Shown: one piece after another, positions 1 through 7,263 of the stretch
Position numbering within the stretch: the stretch's first letter is position 1
Layout of the letters: each line of letters opens with the position of its first letter
Assembly: GCA_051382295.1 (NCBI GenBank)
Contig: JBBCAW010000047.1
Coordinates: 1 to 10,966, forward strand
Direction of reading: 5' to 3'
Length of the DNA stretch: 10,966 nt
DNA from: Bdellovibrionota bacterium FG-1
GTDB lineage: Bacteria; Bdellovibrionota; UBA1018
The notes under the pieces: model-generated
Database searches by the model: none
What the model was told of the DNA's origin: nothing
What the model saw: only the letters and a program-made list of their open reading frames with translations
Program-made: the position numbers and the translations under genes

Positions 1-78
1 TCCGATCACCCGGAGGACAATCGAGATGAGTCCCGGCAACCAAGCAGGCGAAAGCAAAAAACCTATGTCCGTTTAGTC

Positions 79-107
79 AAAAAAAAGCCACCTAGAGGGG
101 TGGCTTT
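79..107 (-). terminator. Intrinsic terminator, probably the original (displaced) terminator of tRNA-Glu
   Basis: Stem AAAGCCACC (84..92) / GGTGGCTTT (99..107) with a 6-nt loop. The A8 run at 79..86 gives a U8 tail on the - strand. It starts about 10 nt beyond the left att core in tRNA orientation. Confidence 0.8.
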
Positions 108-116
108 GTAAAAAAT

Positions 117-127
117 AAATTGGCGTC
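117..127. repeat. att core, tRNA-distal copy (AAATTGGCGTC)
   Basis: Exact match to 10846..10856, extending to 13/14 (AAATTGGCGTCCCC vs AAATTGGCGTCTCC). On the - strand it reads GGGGACGCCAATTT, a tRNA-Glu-like 3' end. Confidence 0.85.
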
Positions 128-367
128 CCCTGGCGGCTGATCTCCGGACCGAGTGTATTGAATACGCTGCATAGGTAACGCCCAGTTCTGAAAGACGTTT
201 CCCACATGTTCCCGCAAATGGCAAGACGCTCCCGCAATTGATCCCGGGAGCGTTCCCGAACACATTGGACCACTTGGAACCGTCGCTAGTCCGAATAGAC
301 TGAGCATGATAAGGCTAAGTCGCAAGCACATAACTACCCGCATCACCCCCCGTGGAGGAAGATTTCA

Positions 368-601
368 ATGAGCCAAAATCCTTGTCAGCACGCCCACAAA
401 AAAGTAACGCATCTTCCCGAACTGGGAGGTCCAGGCGTTCAGCACGTCGAAACAATGTGCAGACTGAAAATGAGAAGCCAGGCCGACCAACTCCAAGTGT
501 ACCAGGCCCTGTTCGCAAAACATCTTGAGGGCAGCATGCTCAATAACACGTGCCCAGTGGCGGCTAGCGGCAAGTGGGCAGCCTGTCCTTTCAATACCTA
601 A
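368..601 (+). CDS. Small hypothetical protein, 77 aa, Cys/His-containing
   Basis: ATG with a good Shine-Dalgarno GGAGGA at 354..359 (8-nt spacing). It fills the gap between the left end and the XRE gene. No family recognised. Confidence 0.6.
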   Translation: MSQNPCQHAHKKVTHLPELGGPGVQHVETMCRLKMRSQADQLQVYQALFAKHLEGSMLNNTCPVAASGKWAACPFNT

Positions 602-667
602 TATGGCTGAATTTGTTCCCGGCCATTCGGCGACCATGCGTTACTACGCTTGGCTGGGATAACCGGG

Positions 668-898
668 CTATTTCTTCCGTGAAACTAATTCGACCTGTCG
701 GATTAGGTCGCTGACCGGACACCCAAGGGCCTTTGCGAGGGCGAATAGAGTTGTGAGGGTCGGCTGCTTGACCCCTCGTTCGAGCATCGAAACAAATGTC
801 CGGTCCACGTTGGAGCGGAAAGCCAACTCTTCTTGGGACAGGTTTCGGGCATTGCGATATTGTCGAAGCACAGTGCCGAACCTCTTTTTTAAATCCAT
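668..898 (-). CDS. XRE/HTH_3 transcriptional regulator, R-M controller (C protein)-like
   Basis: FGTVLRQYRNARNLSQEELAFRSNVDRTFVSMLERGVKQPTL matches the C-protein HTH pattern (SQE.LA...DRT[YF]...ERG). A C-box lies upstream. Confidence 0.9.
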   Translation of the reverse strand: MDLKKRFGTVLRQYRNARNLSQEELAFRSNVDRTFVSMLERGVKQPTLTTLFALAKALGCPVSDLIRQVELVSRKK

Positions 899-918
899 CC
901 GCTTCAGGTTCGGCTGAG

Positions 919-950
919 TGTGACTAGCGGTCCACGGACTATAGTCTACA
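919..950 (-). promoter_or_regulatory. C-box-type double operator
   Basis: The - strand reads TGTA-GACTATAGTC-CGTG-GACCGCTAGTC-ACA: a perfect palindrome at 937..946, a central CGTG and a degenerate second site, ending 20 nt before the ATG at 898. Confidence 0.8.
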
Positions 951-996
951 AACGAGATTGCCTATTGCTCCGAAAACAGGTACGACACTGCACTTT

Positions 997-1377
997 ATGA
1001 CGAAGGCCACCGAACACCGTAAGTCAGTTTTAATAGTCGAGGACAACCCGCATATCGGGGATGCGACGCTCCAGTTTCTCACTATTGAGGGGTTCACTGC
1101 GGTCTTGGTCGCTAATGGCCAAGAGGCTCTTGAAGCCATCCCAAATCTCAATGACCTTGGACTGATCCTTTTGGATTTGATGATGCCAGTGCTTAGTGGT
1201 CGGGAGTTCTTACAAGAGAGAATGAAGTCCTCGGCAATGATGGCTATTCCCGTTTACATCGTTTCTACGATGGCTCAGGAGAGCGACCTAACGACGTTAA
1301 ACGCTACCGGGGTGCTACCGAAGCCGACCGATTTGATGGACTTGCTCGCTACAGTTCGTCGGTACTGCGAAGGTTAA
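997..1377 (+). CDS. Stand-alone response regulator receiver (CheY-like) protein
   Basis: VLIVED acidic pocket, LILLDLMMP phosphoacceptor Asp, conserved S/T (IVST) and KP motif, with no output domain. ATG at 997 is preferred over the 958 start in the ORF track. Confidence 0.9.
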   Translation: MTKATEHRKSVLIVEDNPHIGDATLQFLTIEGFTAVLVANGQEALEAIPNLNDLGLILLDLMMPVLSGREFLQERMKSSAMMAIPVYIVSTMAQESDLTTLNATGVLPKPTDLMDLLATVRRYCEG

Positions 1378-1595
1378 TTGTGCCCGGGCACATGATGACC
1401 TGAAGGTTGGCCCTTTGACTGGTACGGGCAAGAACGGCATAGCCTTGATGTGCTCTGGGTGTTTAACGGGCCTGTCCTTGCGACCAAGCCTCCCTGAATC
1501 CAGTTCGAGTCGCCCAGTGAAATTCGCCAAAACCGTTTTCCTCCTGAAGGGGAAAGAGACTTCGCAAAGTGTGTCCCGTGCCGCGAGTTGAACGC

Positions 1596-2006
1596 TTAAG
1601 CCCACCCCAGATGCTGAAACACCGCCACAAATCCGAAGTAGATAGCCGAGCCAAGGAGCAGCATCCCAATGTTGGCCATTGGATTCGCAGAGGGGGTCCG
1701 GCCACTCGCGTGGTAGCGGCGAACCATCTCCCCGGACAATGCACCGACCATGAAAATGAGGAGCCCATAGGTTTGAAGCATTCGATGCTTTGACAGCGCA
1801 CTCGCCAGGACCGCCAGACCAAGCACTTGAAATCCGATGACGTAGTAGCCCTTCGCAAAATAGTACCAAAACCAGAATATCGCGGCCCAGATGTTGAATC
1901 TCTTCGAGGCCAGCGGGCTCGTCGCTCCGTCCTGGGTAGTATTCAGCGATTGGCCTTCAGTCTTCCCCTCCCGAGGGGAATCGGTCGTGTCAGACATAGG
2001 CTTCAC
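1596..2006 (-). CDS. Small multi-pass membrane protein, DUF2628-like
   Basis: FNIWAAIFWFWYYFAKG motif followed by several hydrophobic segments. The GTG start overlaps the stop of the upstream gene (GTGA); an alternative ATG is at 1997. Confidence 0.7.
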   Translation of the reverse strand: MKPMSDTTDSPREGKTEGQSLNTTQDGATSPLASKRFNIWAAIFWFWYYFAKGYYVIGFQVLGLAVLASALSKHRMLQTYGLLIFMVGALSGEMVRRYHASGRTPSANPMANIGMLLLGSAIYFGFVAVFQHLGWA

Positions 2007-3463
2007 TTCTTTCTGTACTCGCCTTGGTGGGTACCCCCACTACTGCATAACACTCTGCAGTCTCCGCTTTCATCTACGTTCATCCAGTTGTTGGCAAATC
2101 TGAAATTCAGAGTGCACTTGCCATCCTTGATAACGACCGTGCCCTGTCCTTTGTAAGCTTCTGACATCACCAGATTCAAACCATCGCGCTTAAAGCTACA
2201 TCCGTGTTCCTTGTGAGAGTACTCAATATTCACCAACGTCGGACTAGACATACTGAGGTCAAAACCATGCCCGTTGTGATCCCTATACGGGCCAGGGGCG
2301 TCCCGAAGGAATGCATCGCGCTCCTTGTTCGCCTCGGCTTCGACTTGAGAAAGGGCCTTCACATCCTCGGTGGATAGTTTGTGCCCGCCTAGCTGCAGGA
2401 GTCCCGCACAGCAGCCGGGTGAGGCACCCGCCACCTCCCAAGAGATGGGTTCATCCTCACCCCGATCTTGGCTAAACTTCATCGTCATGGCGCAACCCCC
2501 GGTGTTCTTCAAATCTGAAACGAACCCTCTATCAGGCTCGGAATAATTTAGGGCGACACTCTGTTCTGAGAACGATAGGACCGTACGGTCGGATGAGCTA
2601 TTAGCGAGACATGTGCCCCGAGCACTAACTCGATATTGTGTGTCAGAAACCTTCTCGATTTTTAGGTGCTGATCTTTTGCACCATCAACTGTTGCGCCGT
2701 ATTCGCCTGGTATGTTTGCAAGAAGGCTTTGCCGTTTTTTCGTTTTTGATATTGCGTTGCAGTCGAGTTCAGTACGCTCGGTACTCTGTGGGATTTTCTC
2801 GGCAACCTTGTGTGTAAGCTGAGCAAGTATCTCGAAAGCAACCTTTTCGCTCTCGCCGATATTTTTGGTTTTTTGTTTCCGACCATTCATTTCAACCGAT
2901 TTCAGAACGAATGATTTGGACTCGTCGGCGATAGAATCATGCTCCAGGTCAAAATCCAGTGTGGAAGTCTTCAAGGTCAGTGTCGCGCCACGGGGCGTTT
3001 TGCTATATTTCTTGAATGCTCCGGCCTTAGATGCATAGCAGATAAACTCCTTTAGCGTGTGTACGACCTGAGGAAGCGTCGTTGCCACCCTCGTTTCCCA
3101 GTCTGAGTCGGCCACACCGGCTTGGGTTTTGTATTTTGCGCAGTCGGCGGTCTGACCTGTAGCCGCTATTTCGCCTCTCTTTTCGTCGATAGCGTCCTCT
3201 ATTTCAGTGGTGAGCTTAACAGCTTCATTGCTGTCGCCATTTATCTCGCGAACCTCGCAACGAATCTCTTCAAGGCGGCGTAGGTTTGGTTTATCGGCCT
3301 TCATCGCTCCGAGTTCGTCCCTGAGTTTGCGCAAGGGAATAGTTTCCTGATCGGATTGGGCGTTCTGTTTCTCCGCCAGAATCTGTTTTGTTGATTTGGC
3401 CTCGACTGACGAGGAGACCATAAAGGCAGTGAGAACAGCCAAAACTATGTGTCTTGAGATCAT
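2003..3463 (-). CDS. Secreted/periplasmic Cys-rich hypothetical protein, 486 aa
   Basis: SD AAGGAGG, Sec signal peptide (MISRHIVLAVLTAFMVSSSVEA|K), 12 Cys, long open frame. Confidence 0.85.
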   Translation of the reverse strand: MISRHIVLAVLTAFMVSSSVEAKSTKQILAEKQNAQSDQETIPLRKLRDELGAMKADKPNLRRLEEIRCEVREINGDSNEAVKLTTEIEDAIDEKRGEIAATGQTADCAKYKTQAGVADSDWETRVATTLPQVVHTLKEFICYASKAGAFKKYSKTPRGATLTLKTSTLDFDLEHDSIADESKSFVLKSVEMNGRKQKTKNIGESEKVAFEILAQLTHKVAEKIPQSTERTELDCNAISKTKKRQSLLANIPGEYGATVDGAKDQHLKIEKVSDTQYRVSARGTCLANSSSDRTVLSFSEQSVALNYSEPDRGFVSDLKNTGGCAMTMKFSQDRGEDEPISWEVAGASPGCCAGLLQLGGHKLSTEDVKALSQVEAEANKERDAFLRDAPGPYRDHNGHGFDLSMSSPTLVNIEYSHKEHGCSFKRDGLNLVMSEAYKGQGTVVIKDGKCTLNFRFANNWMNVDESGDCRVLCSSGGTHQGEYRKK

Positions 3464-3481
3464 ATATTATCCTCCTTGAAA

Positions 3482-4156
3482 CTATTCACTGGCTGGCTTC
3501 CGACCAGACTTGTCTTCATCTCGAATCGCAAAGGCGTCATCCAGCGAGTGCTCGTGCCGTCGGATGACTTTGCCCACGTTTCCCTCGGAAGTGACCGTCG
3601 ATTGCCCCTGGTATCGCTTGGCTGGTAGTCCCGCCTTTAGTCTTGCTTGGCCCATCTTGCGTTCGCAGTCTTCGCTCTGCGTTCGGACGGTCTTGACCAT
3701 CTTCATCAGCGTGGTCTGGTAGTTTCGTTCGATTTGAATACGCTTGAGGAAGTCTTCCTCGGATTTGAAGGCGAGATTGCCATTTTCAGTTAAGCCAAAC
3801 TCCTCCTTTACCGCAGCAGTCTGCTTCATATTATCGACTTCGGGTAAGGGGGTTACCTCGCCGGTGCCGCCCAGCCTGGGGTCGGCCACATCCTCGCGGC
3901 ACCACTTGAGCATGTGATACTCGTGGGCTAGCTCATCCTCATACCGGGAGTTCGACCACTGGGTTCCGCGCAGTTCATCGGCGGCGTTAGTCTGCTTCTG
4001 GATGGTGACCTCACCGTTCTTTAGGCCGATGTTGCCCTGGGCCGACTCTCCCTTGGCATCTATCTCGGTATCGAGCTTCCGGGGTCCGGTTGAGCAAGCC
4101 ATGACGAACACCAAGCAAAAAGCCGAGGCAATCGTACCGGCAATATATTGTTTCAT
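3482..4156 (-). CDS. Putative lipoprotein, 224 aa
   Basis: SD AGGAG, and a signal peptide ending in lipobox-like VMAC (Cys21) followed by ST. The predicted helical body has two further Cys. Confidence 0.85.
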   Translation of the reverse strand: MKQYIAGTIASAFCLVFVMACSTGPRKLDTEIDAKGESAQGNIGLKNGEVTIQKQTNAADELRGTQWSNSRYEDELAHEYHMLKWCREDVADPRLGGTGEVTPLPEVDNMKQTAAVKEEFGLTENGNLAFKSEEDFLKRIQIERNYQTTLMKMVKTVRTQSEDCERKMGQARLKAGLPAKRYQGQSTVTSEGNVGKVIRRHEHSLDDAFAIRDEDKSGRKPASE

Positions 4157-4310
4157 AATGACGCTCCTATCTCAGACTTCGTTAAGACAGCACACAAATA
4201 CACGAGCAGCATGTACGGGTATCGGAAGACACCTTCCTAAACTTGACCTTCTTTAACAATTCCTTCCCATAGGAAGAGAATGACAGACCAAAGCTCCGAC
4301 CATTGGAGCT

Positions 4311-4544
4311 ATGAGCAAAGCAAAGACCAAAGAAGAGCTGTTTTTGGAACGCCTTGGAAAGCATATCGCCCAGGTGAGGAAGGCGAAGGGATACTCCCAG
4401 GACCGGATATACCTGGAAGGCGGCTTCTCTCGCGGTACCATGAGCAAGATCGAAAACGGTTTGGTGAACCCGGGCATTTGGACGCTGAAGAGAATCGCTG
4501 AAACCATCGGCGTTCCGCTGAAGAGGCTTGTGGACTTCGAGTAG
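4311..4544 (+). CDS. XRE/HTH_3 transcriptional regulator
   Basis: LGKHIAQVRKAKGYSQDRI...SRGTMSKIENGLVNPGIWTLKRIAETIGV is a typical XRE HTH. It is divergent from the lipoprotein operon. Confidence 0.9.
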   Translation: MSKAKTKEELFLERLGKHIAQVRKAKGYSQDRIYLEGGFSRGTMSKIENGLVNPGIWTLKRIAETIGVPLKRLVDFE

Positions 4545-4555
4545 TCGATTGAGAC

Positions 4556-4828
4556 TCACGATTTCCGCCTTCCCTGACGCCGTGATGCCTCCTCGTCCAG
4601 TTGGAGCGCGTGTTCGGCGATTTTGGTGCTAATCTCGTTGATGATGGCGGCAAGCCCTCGGTTGACCTCCTCGGCATCGAGTTCGGAGTACTCGGGGTCG
4701 CGTTGGTGCTCGATGAGAAACCCTAGCCCCCGGAGTTTCGCGGCTTCGAGGCCGAGGCTGTACCAGACGGGGTTGGCATCCGCACCCACCCCGGAATCGT
4801 TCGTTTTCGGAGTGCGTTTTCTAGGCAT
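4556..4828 (-). CDS. Hypothetical protein, ~90 aa, predicted helical
   Basis: ATG at 4828 has SD AGGAGG (4834..4839) inside the end of the resolvase gene, with an 8-nt overlap suggesting coupling. No family recognised. Confidence 0.7.
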   Translation of the reverse strand: MPRKRTPKTNDSGVGADANPVWYSLGLEAAKLRGLGFLIEHQRDPEYSELDAEEVNRGLAAIINEISTKIAEHALQLDEEASRRQGRRKS

Positions 4829-5468
4829 CGTAACCTCCTGAATTCCCATCCCCGGCGGATGGGCTTTCTGTACACAATTTCGGAGTGGCCAAAGCCCGGC
4901 CTACCGCCCCCGCCGACACCCCCAAGCGTTTCTGAATCTGAGACCAACTGAGTCCCTGGGCTCGAAGGCCTTTGATAGCGGCGTCGTTGATTCGCTTGGG
5001 TCTACCAAGTGTCTTGCCAATCTTTCTAGCGTGGGCCAGCCCCATCAGGGTCCGTTCGCGAATAATGTCGCGCTCGAACTCCGCGAACGATGAGATTAGA
5101 TTTCCGAGAAGACGCCCTGCGCTTGTAGTGAGATCCACCTGCTCCTTGATGCTGACAAATTGAACCCCAAGCTCGGCTAGTTCTTGAAGGAGCACGACCA
5201 TGCCACGCATGCTCCGAAACATTCTGTCGAGCTTGAGCACGACGATAACGTCGATTCGACGTGACCTTGCCAGCGCGAGCAGCTGCTTGAGCCCCGGGCG
5301 CGCATCGGAGCCGCCCGAGTAACCCTCGTCCACCAGCTCTGAAGTAATCTCCCAACCGCGAGCAGCGGAATACCGCCGCAACTCCTCGACCTGGATTTGC
5401 GCGTTTTGATCGGTAGTTGAGACCCTTGAGTAGCAACAGGCCCGAAGTTTTCGATCTGATGGAGCCAT
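4821..5468 (-). CDS. Small serine recombinase (resolvase/invertase family) with C-terminal HTH
   Basis: YSRVST with the catalytic Ser, VLKLDRMFRS, FAEFERDIIRERT..GL, LGRP, then an HTH (GLSWSQIQKRLGVSAGAVGRAL). SD AAGGAGG. Confidence 0.95.
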   Translation of the reverse strand: MAPSDRKLRACCYSRVSTTDQNAQIQVEELRRYSAARGWEITSELVDEGYSGGSDARPGLKQLLALARSRRIDVIVVLKLDRMFRSMRGMVVLLQELAELGVQFVSIKEQVDLTTSAGRLLGNLISSFAEFERDIIRERTLMGLAHARKIGKTLGRPKRINDAAIKGLRAQGLSWSQIQKRLGVSAGAVGRALATPKLCTESPSAGDGNSGGYDA

Positions 5469-5650
5469 AATAGCCTCCTTTCCGTCGGCAATCGAAGCCG
5501 CACATACCCGATAATTATCCTCGGGAATGTTTATGAAGTCCTCTTAAATCCTTGAATTGACTTAACAACCAGAAAGGCTTGAAAAAATCCTCCAAAGTCG
5601 CGGGTGACTTGCCCAGGTTCGTACGTTCTATAGTGTAGGGGGATACGTTA

Positions 5651-6451
5651 ATGACCGAATTCAAGAATGCGCGCGAAATCGTCGCCGCAATGTGGGGTCG
5701 CATCTGGGAGCTGCATAAGATCGGCGAGGGTCTTGGACCGGCGACCGCCCGCGTGACAAAAGACCTCGGACCATCCGCCATAAGCAGCTATCTGACAATC
5801 CTTGCCGATTTGACTGACCAGATTCCCCATCGCAAGGAACTTGAAGAGCTGGAGCGGATTTCTGGGAAGCCGATTTTGCGGGACGTTGTCGATGCCCTCG
5901 ATCTGCGGAAGGCATTAGAATTCCGAGACACTGAGTTGGATGATGGCACCCCAATACGATGTACAATATGGATGCGCGCTGATTCTCACCTTGGCCCAGA
6001 TGAAAAAAGAAATGCGTTCGTGGCCGTTGGTGTCCGGCCTTTCGACAAGCGCGCAAATATCCGGGACCAGTCCAAAGCGCCTCTCCTCTGGGCGAGGAAA
6101 GAGCACCGTAATATTTGGCAGCGTGATATTAAGCAAAACAAGCTACGGGCTAACAAGCAAGGCGGTGTACATCTTGCCACTAAAAGAATTGCTGAAGCGG
6201 CACAAACTATCTCTGAGCAGTGGGACATAGCTAAGAAGCACGCAAGCAAGTTGATCGAAAAACGCCTGACGAAAGAGATCGAATCTGATTTCGAGAAACG
6301 ATGTCATGACCTCCTGTCTCGGCCCCATGTTTGCCTTGCTGATATCCTAAATTGGCGAATTGCACTTGATGCCGAAATCTGGGGGCTTGCTGACTACAGT
6401 CCTAAGTTCTCCGCACACCAAGCCAAAATGATGACACAGAAAACGAAATAG
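5651..6451 (+). CDS. Hypothetical protein, 266 aa
   Basis: Long ORF with SD-like GGGGGA upstream. It is the first gene of the + strand core and has a basic helical C-terminal half. No family recognised. Confidence 0.75.
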   Translation: MTEFKNAREIVAAMWGRIWELHKIGEGLGPATARVTKDLGPSAISSYLTILADLTDQIPHRKELEELERISGKPILRDVVDALDLRKALEFRDTELDDGTPIRCTIWMRADSHLGPDEKRNAFVAVGVRPFDKRANIRDQSKAPLLWARKEHRNIWQRDIKQNKLRANKQGGVHLATKRIAEAAQTISEQWDIAKKHASKLIEKRLTKEIESDFEKRCHDLLSRPHVCLADILNWRIALDAEIWGLADYSPKFSAHQAKMMTQKTK

Positions 6452-6467
6452 CGCTTCGGCTGACCAA

Positions 6468-6494
6468 CGTCGTTCCCGTCGTTTCCGTCGATTC
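6468..6494. repeat. Three tandem imperfect 9-mers (CGTCGTTCC CGTCGTTTC CGTCGATTC)
   Basis: Read directly in the intergenic region upstream of the putative replication genes. Confidence 0.7.
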
Positions 6495-6755
6495 CACGAC
6501 CATCTTCTACCCCACCACCGCACATCCAGTCCTTGGATTTGCAGAATTTTGCCACCTTAACTACCTCAACCACATTTTGAATATATCTCCGCGAGTCGTG
6601 ACTTTGTCCCGACGCCGCAGCGGCGGCTATTTGATTCGATGGTCAAACCCGTACTTGCGGAATTTTGCCAGCACCAGAATCGGCGTCGCAACTGTGGCCA
6701 GTATAGCGAAATCGCCGGGTACAATTCCAGGCATAAAACAAAAGGAAGAGAAAAA

Positions 6756-7172
6756 ATGAAAGTAGAAATGATCAACCGTCCGTCAAAAACGATGAACAAC
6801 AATGAATGTTCCAGTGCTGAGGACCGAAGATATCAACCCAGCTTTGCCGAGGCCCCTAGTTGGAACCGTCGCAGGTATCGCGCACCATTTGGACTGGTAA
6901 GTGTACTGCCGCACTACTCTGAAAAAGGTACCGAGTGCGTTCGTTTGTCTATGCGGGCTCACGATGGGCCGCATGCAGGGGAAGTCCTGGATCAATTTTT
7001 GCCGGTGGCGGGATATGGGGCTGACCGTCTGAAGCAATTCCTGGATATCTTAATTCCCGGATACAAGGGTGAGCCTTTCAATGGCGGCCAGCTCATTGGA
7101 AAGAAATTTTTCGCCAAGGTTGAGGCCCAAGGAAACTTCCTGGTCATTACGCCCCTCGGCCTCCTTGCCTAA
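6756..7172 (+). CDS. Putative DUF669-like single-stranded DNA-binding protein
   Basis: The pattern SEKGTECVRLSMRAHDGPHAGEVLDQFL...RLKQFLDIL...QLIGKKFFAKV resembles phage DUF669/OB-fold proteins. ATG at 6756 follows AAAGGAAG, and the gene lies immediately upstream of the helicase-like gene. Confidence 0.55.
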   Translation: MKVEMINRPSKTMNNNECSSAEDRRYQPSFAEAPSWNRRRYRAPFGLVSVLPHYSEKGTECVRLSMRAHDGPHAGEVLDQFLPVAGYGADRLKQFLDILIPGYKGEPFNGGQLIGKKFFAKVEAQGNFLVITPLGLLA

Positions 7173-7263
7173 CAAATAATAAAAGTGATTTCCGGTGGAG
7201 GCAGCATGTCGCCCTAACAGGCAGATGCCTCCACCGACTCCCACAGCTACGAACGAAAGATTT

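Noticed and set aside
1..76. Possible 3' end of a + strand host gene converging on the 79..107 hairpin
   Set aside because: Two frames are open over this short stretch (stops at 76 and 111) and neither peptide is recognisable, so it cannot be called without upstream sequence.
284..301. CGCTAGTCCGAATAGACT as a second C-box upstream of ORF 368
   Set aside because: It is only a partial AGTC/GACT match with different spacing and no CGTG core, which is too weak to support.
63..637. Minus-strand ORFs 63..263, 73..273, 92..346, 315..518 and 365..637, including a possible restriction gene downstream of the C-like gene
   Set aside because: They are short with no nuclease motifs. The first three cross the att site and terminator, and the others are antisense to the ORF with the better SD (368..601).
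1315..2156. ORFs 1315..1869, 1463..1858, 1569..1793, 1827..2156 and 1891..2103
   Set aside because: These are alternative-frame or antisense overlaps of the membrane protein gene, with no recognisable features.
5604..5634. Sigma70 promoter for ORF 5651 (TATAGT at 5629..5634)
   Set aside because: The -10 is plausible, but there is no good -35 at 16-18 nt spacing.
6468..6494. CRISPR array or mini-array
   Set aside because: The units are 9 bp and contiguous with no spacers, and no cas genes or repeat-spacer periodicity were seen anywhere in the window.
6639..6755. N-terminal extension of the SSB-like ORF from the 6639 start
   Set aside because: There is no SD at 6639, while the ATG at 6756 has a purine-rich SD-like sequence and gives a more typical length.
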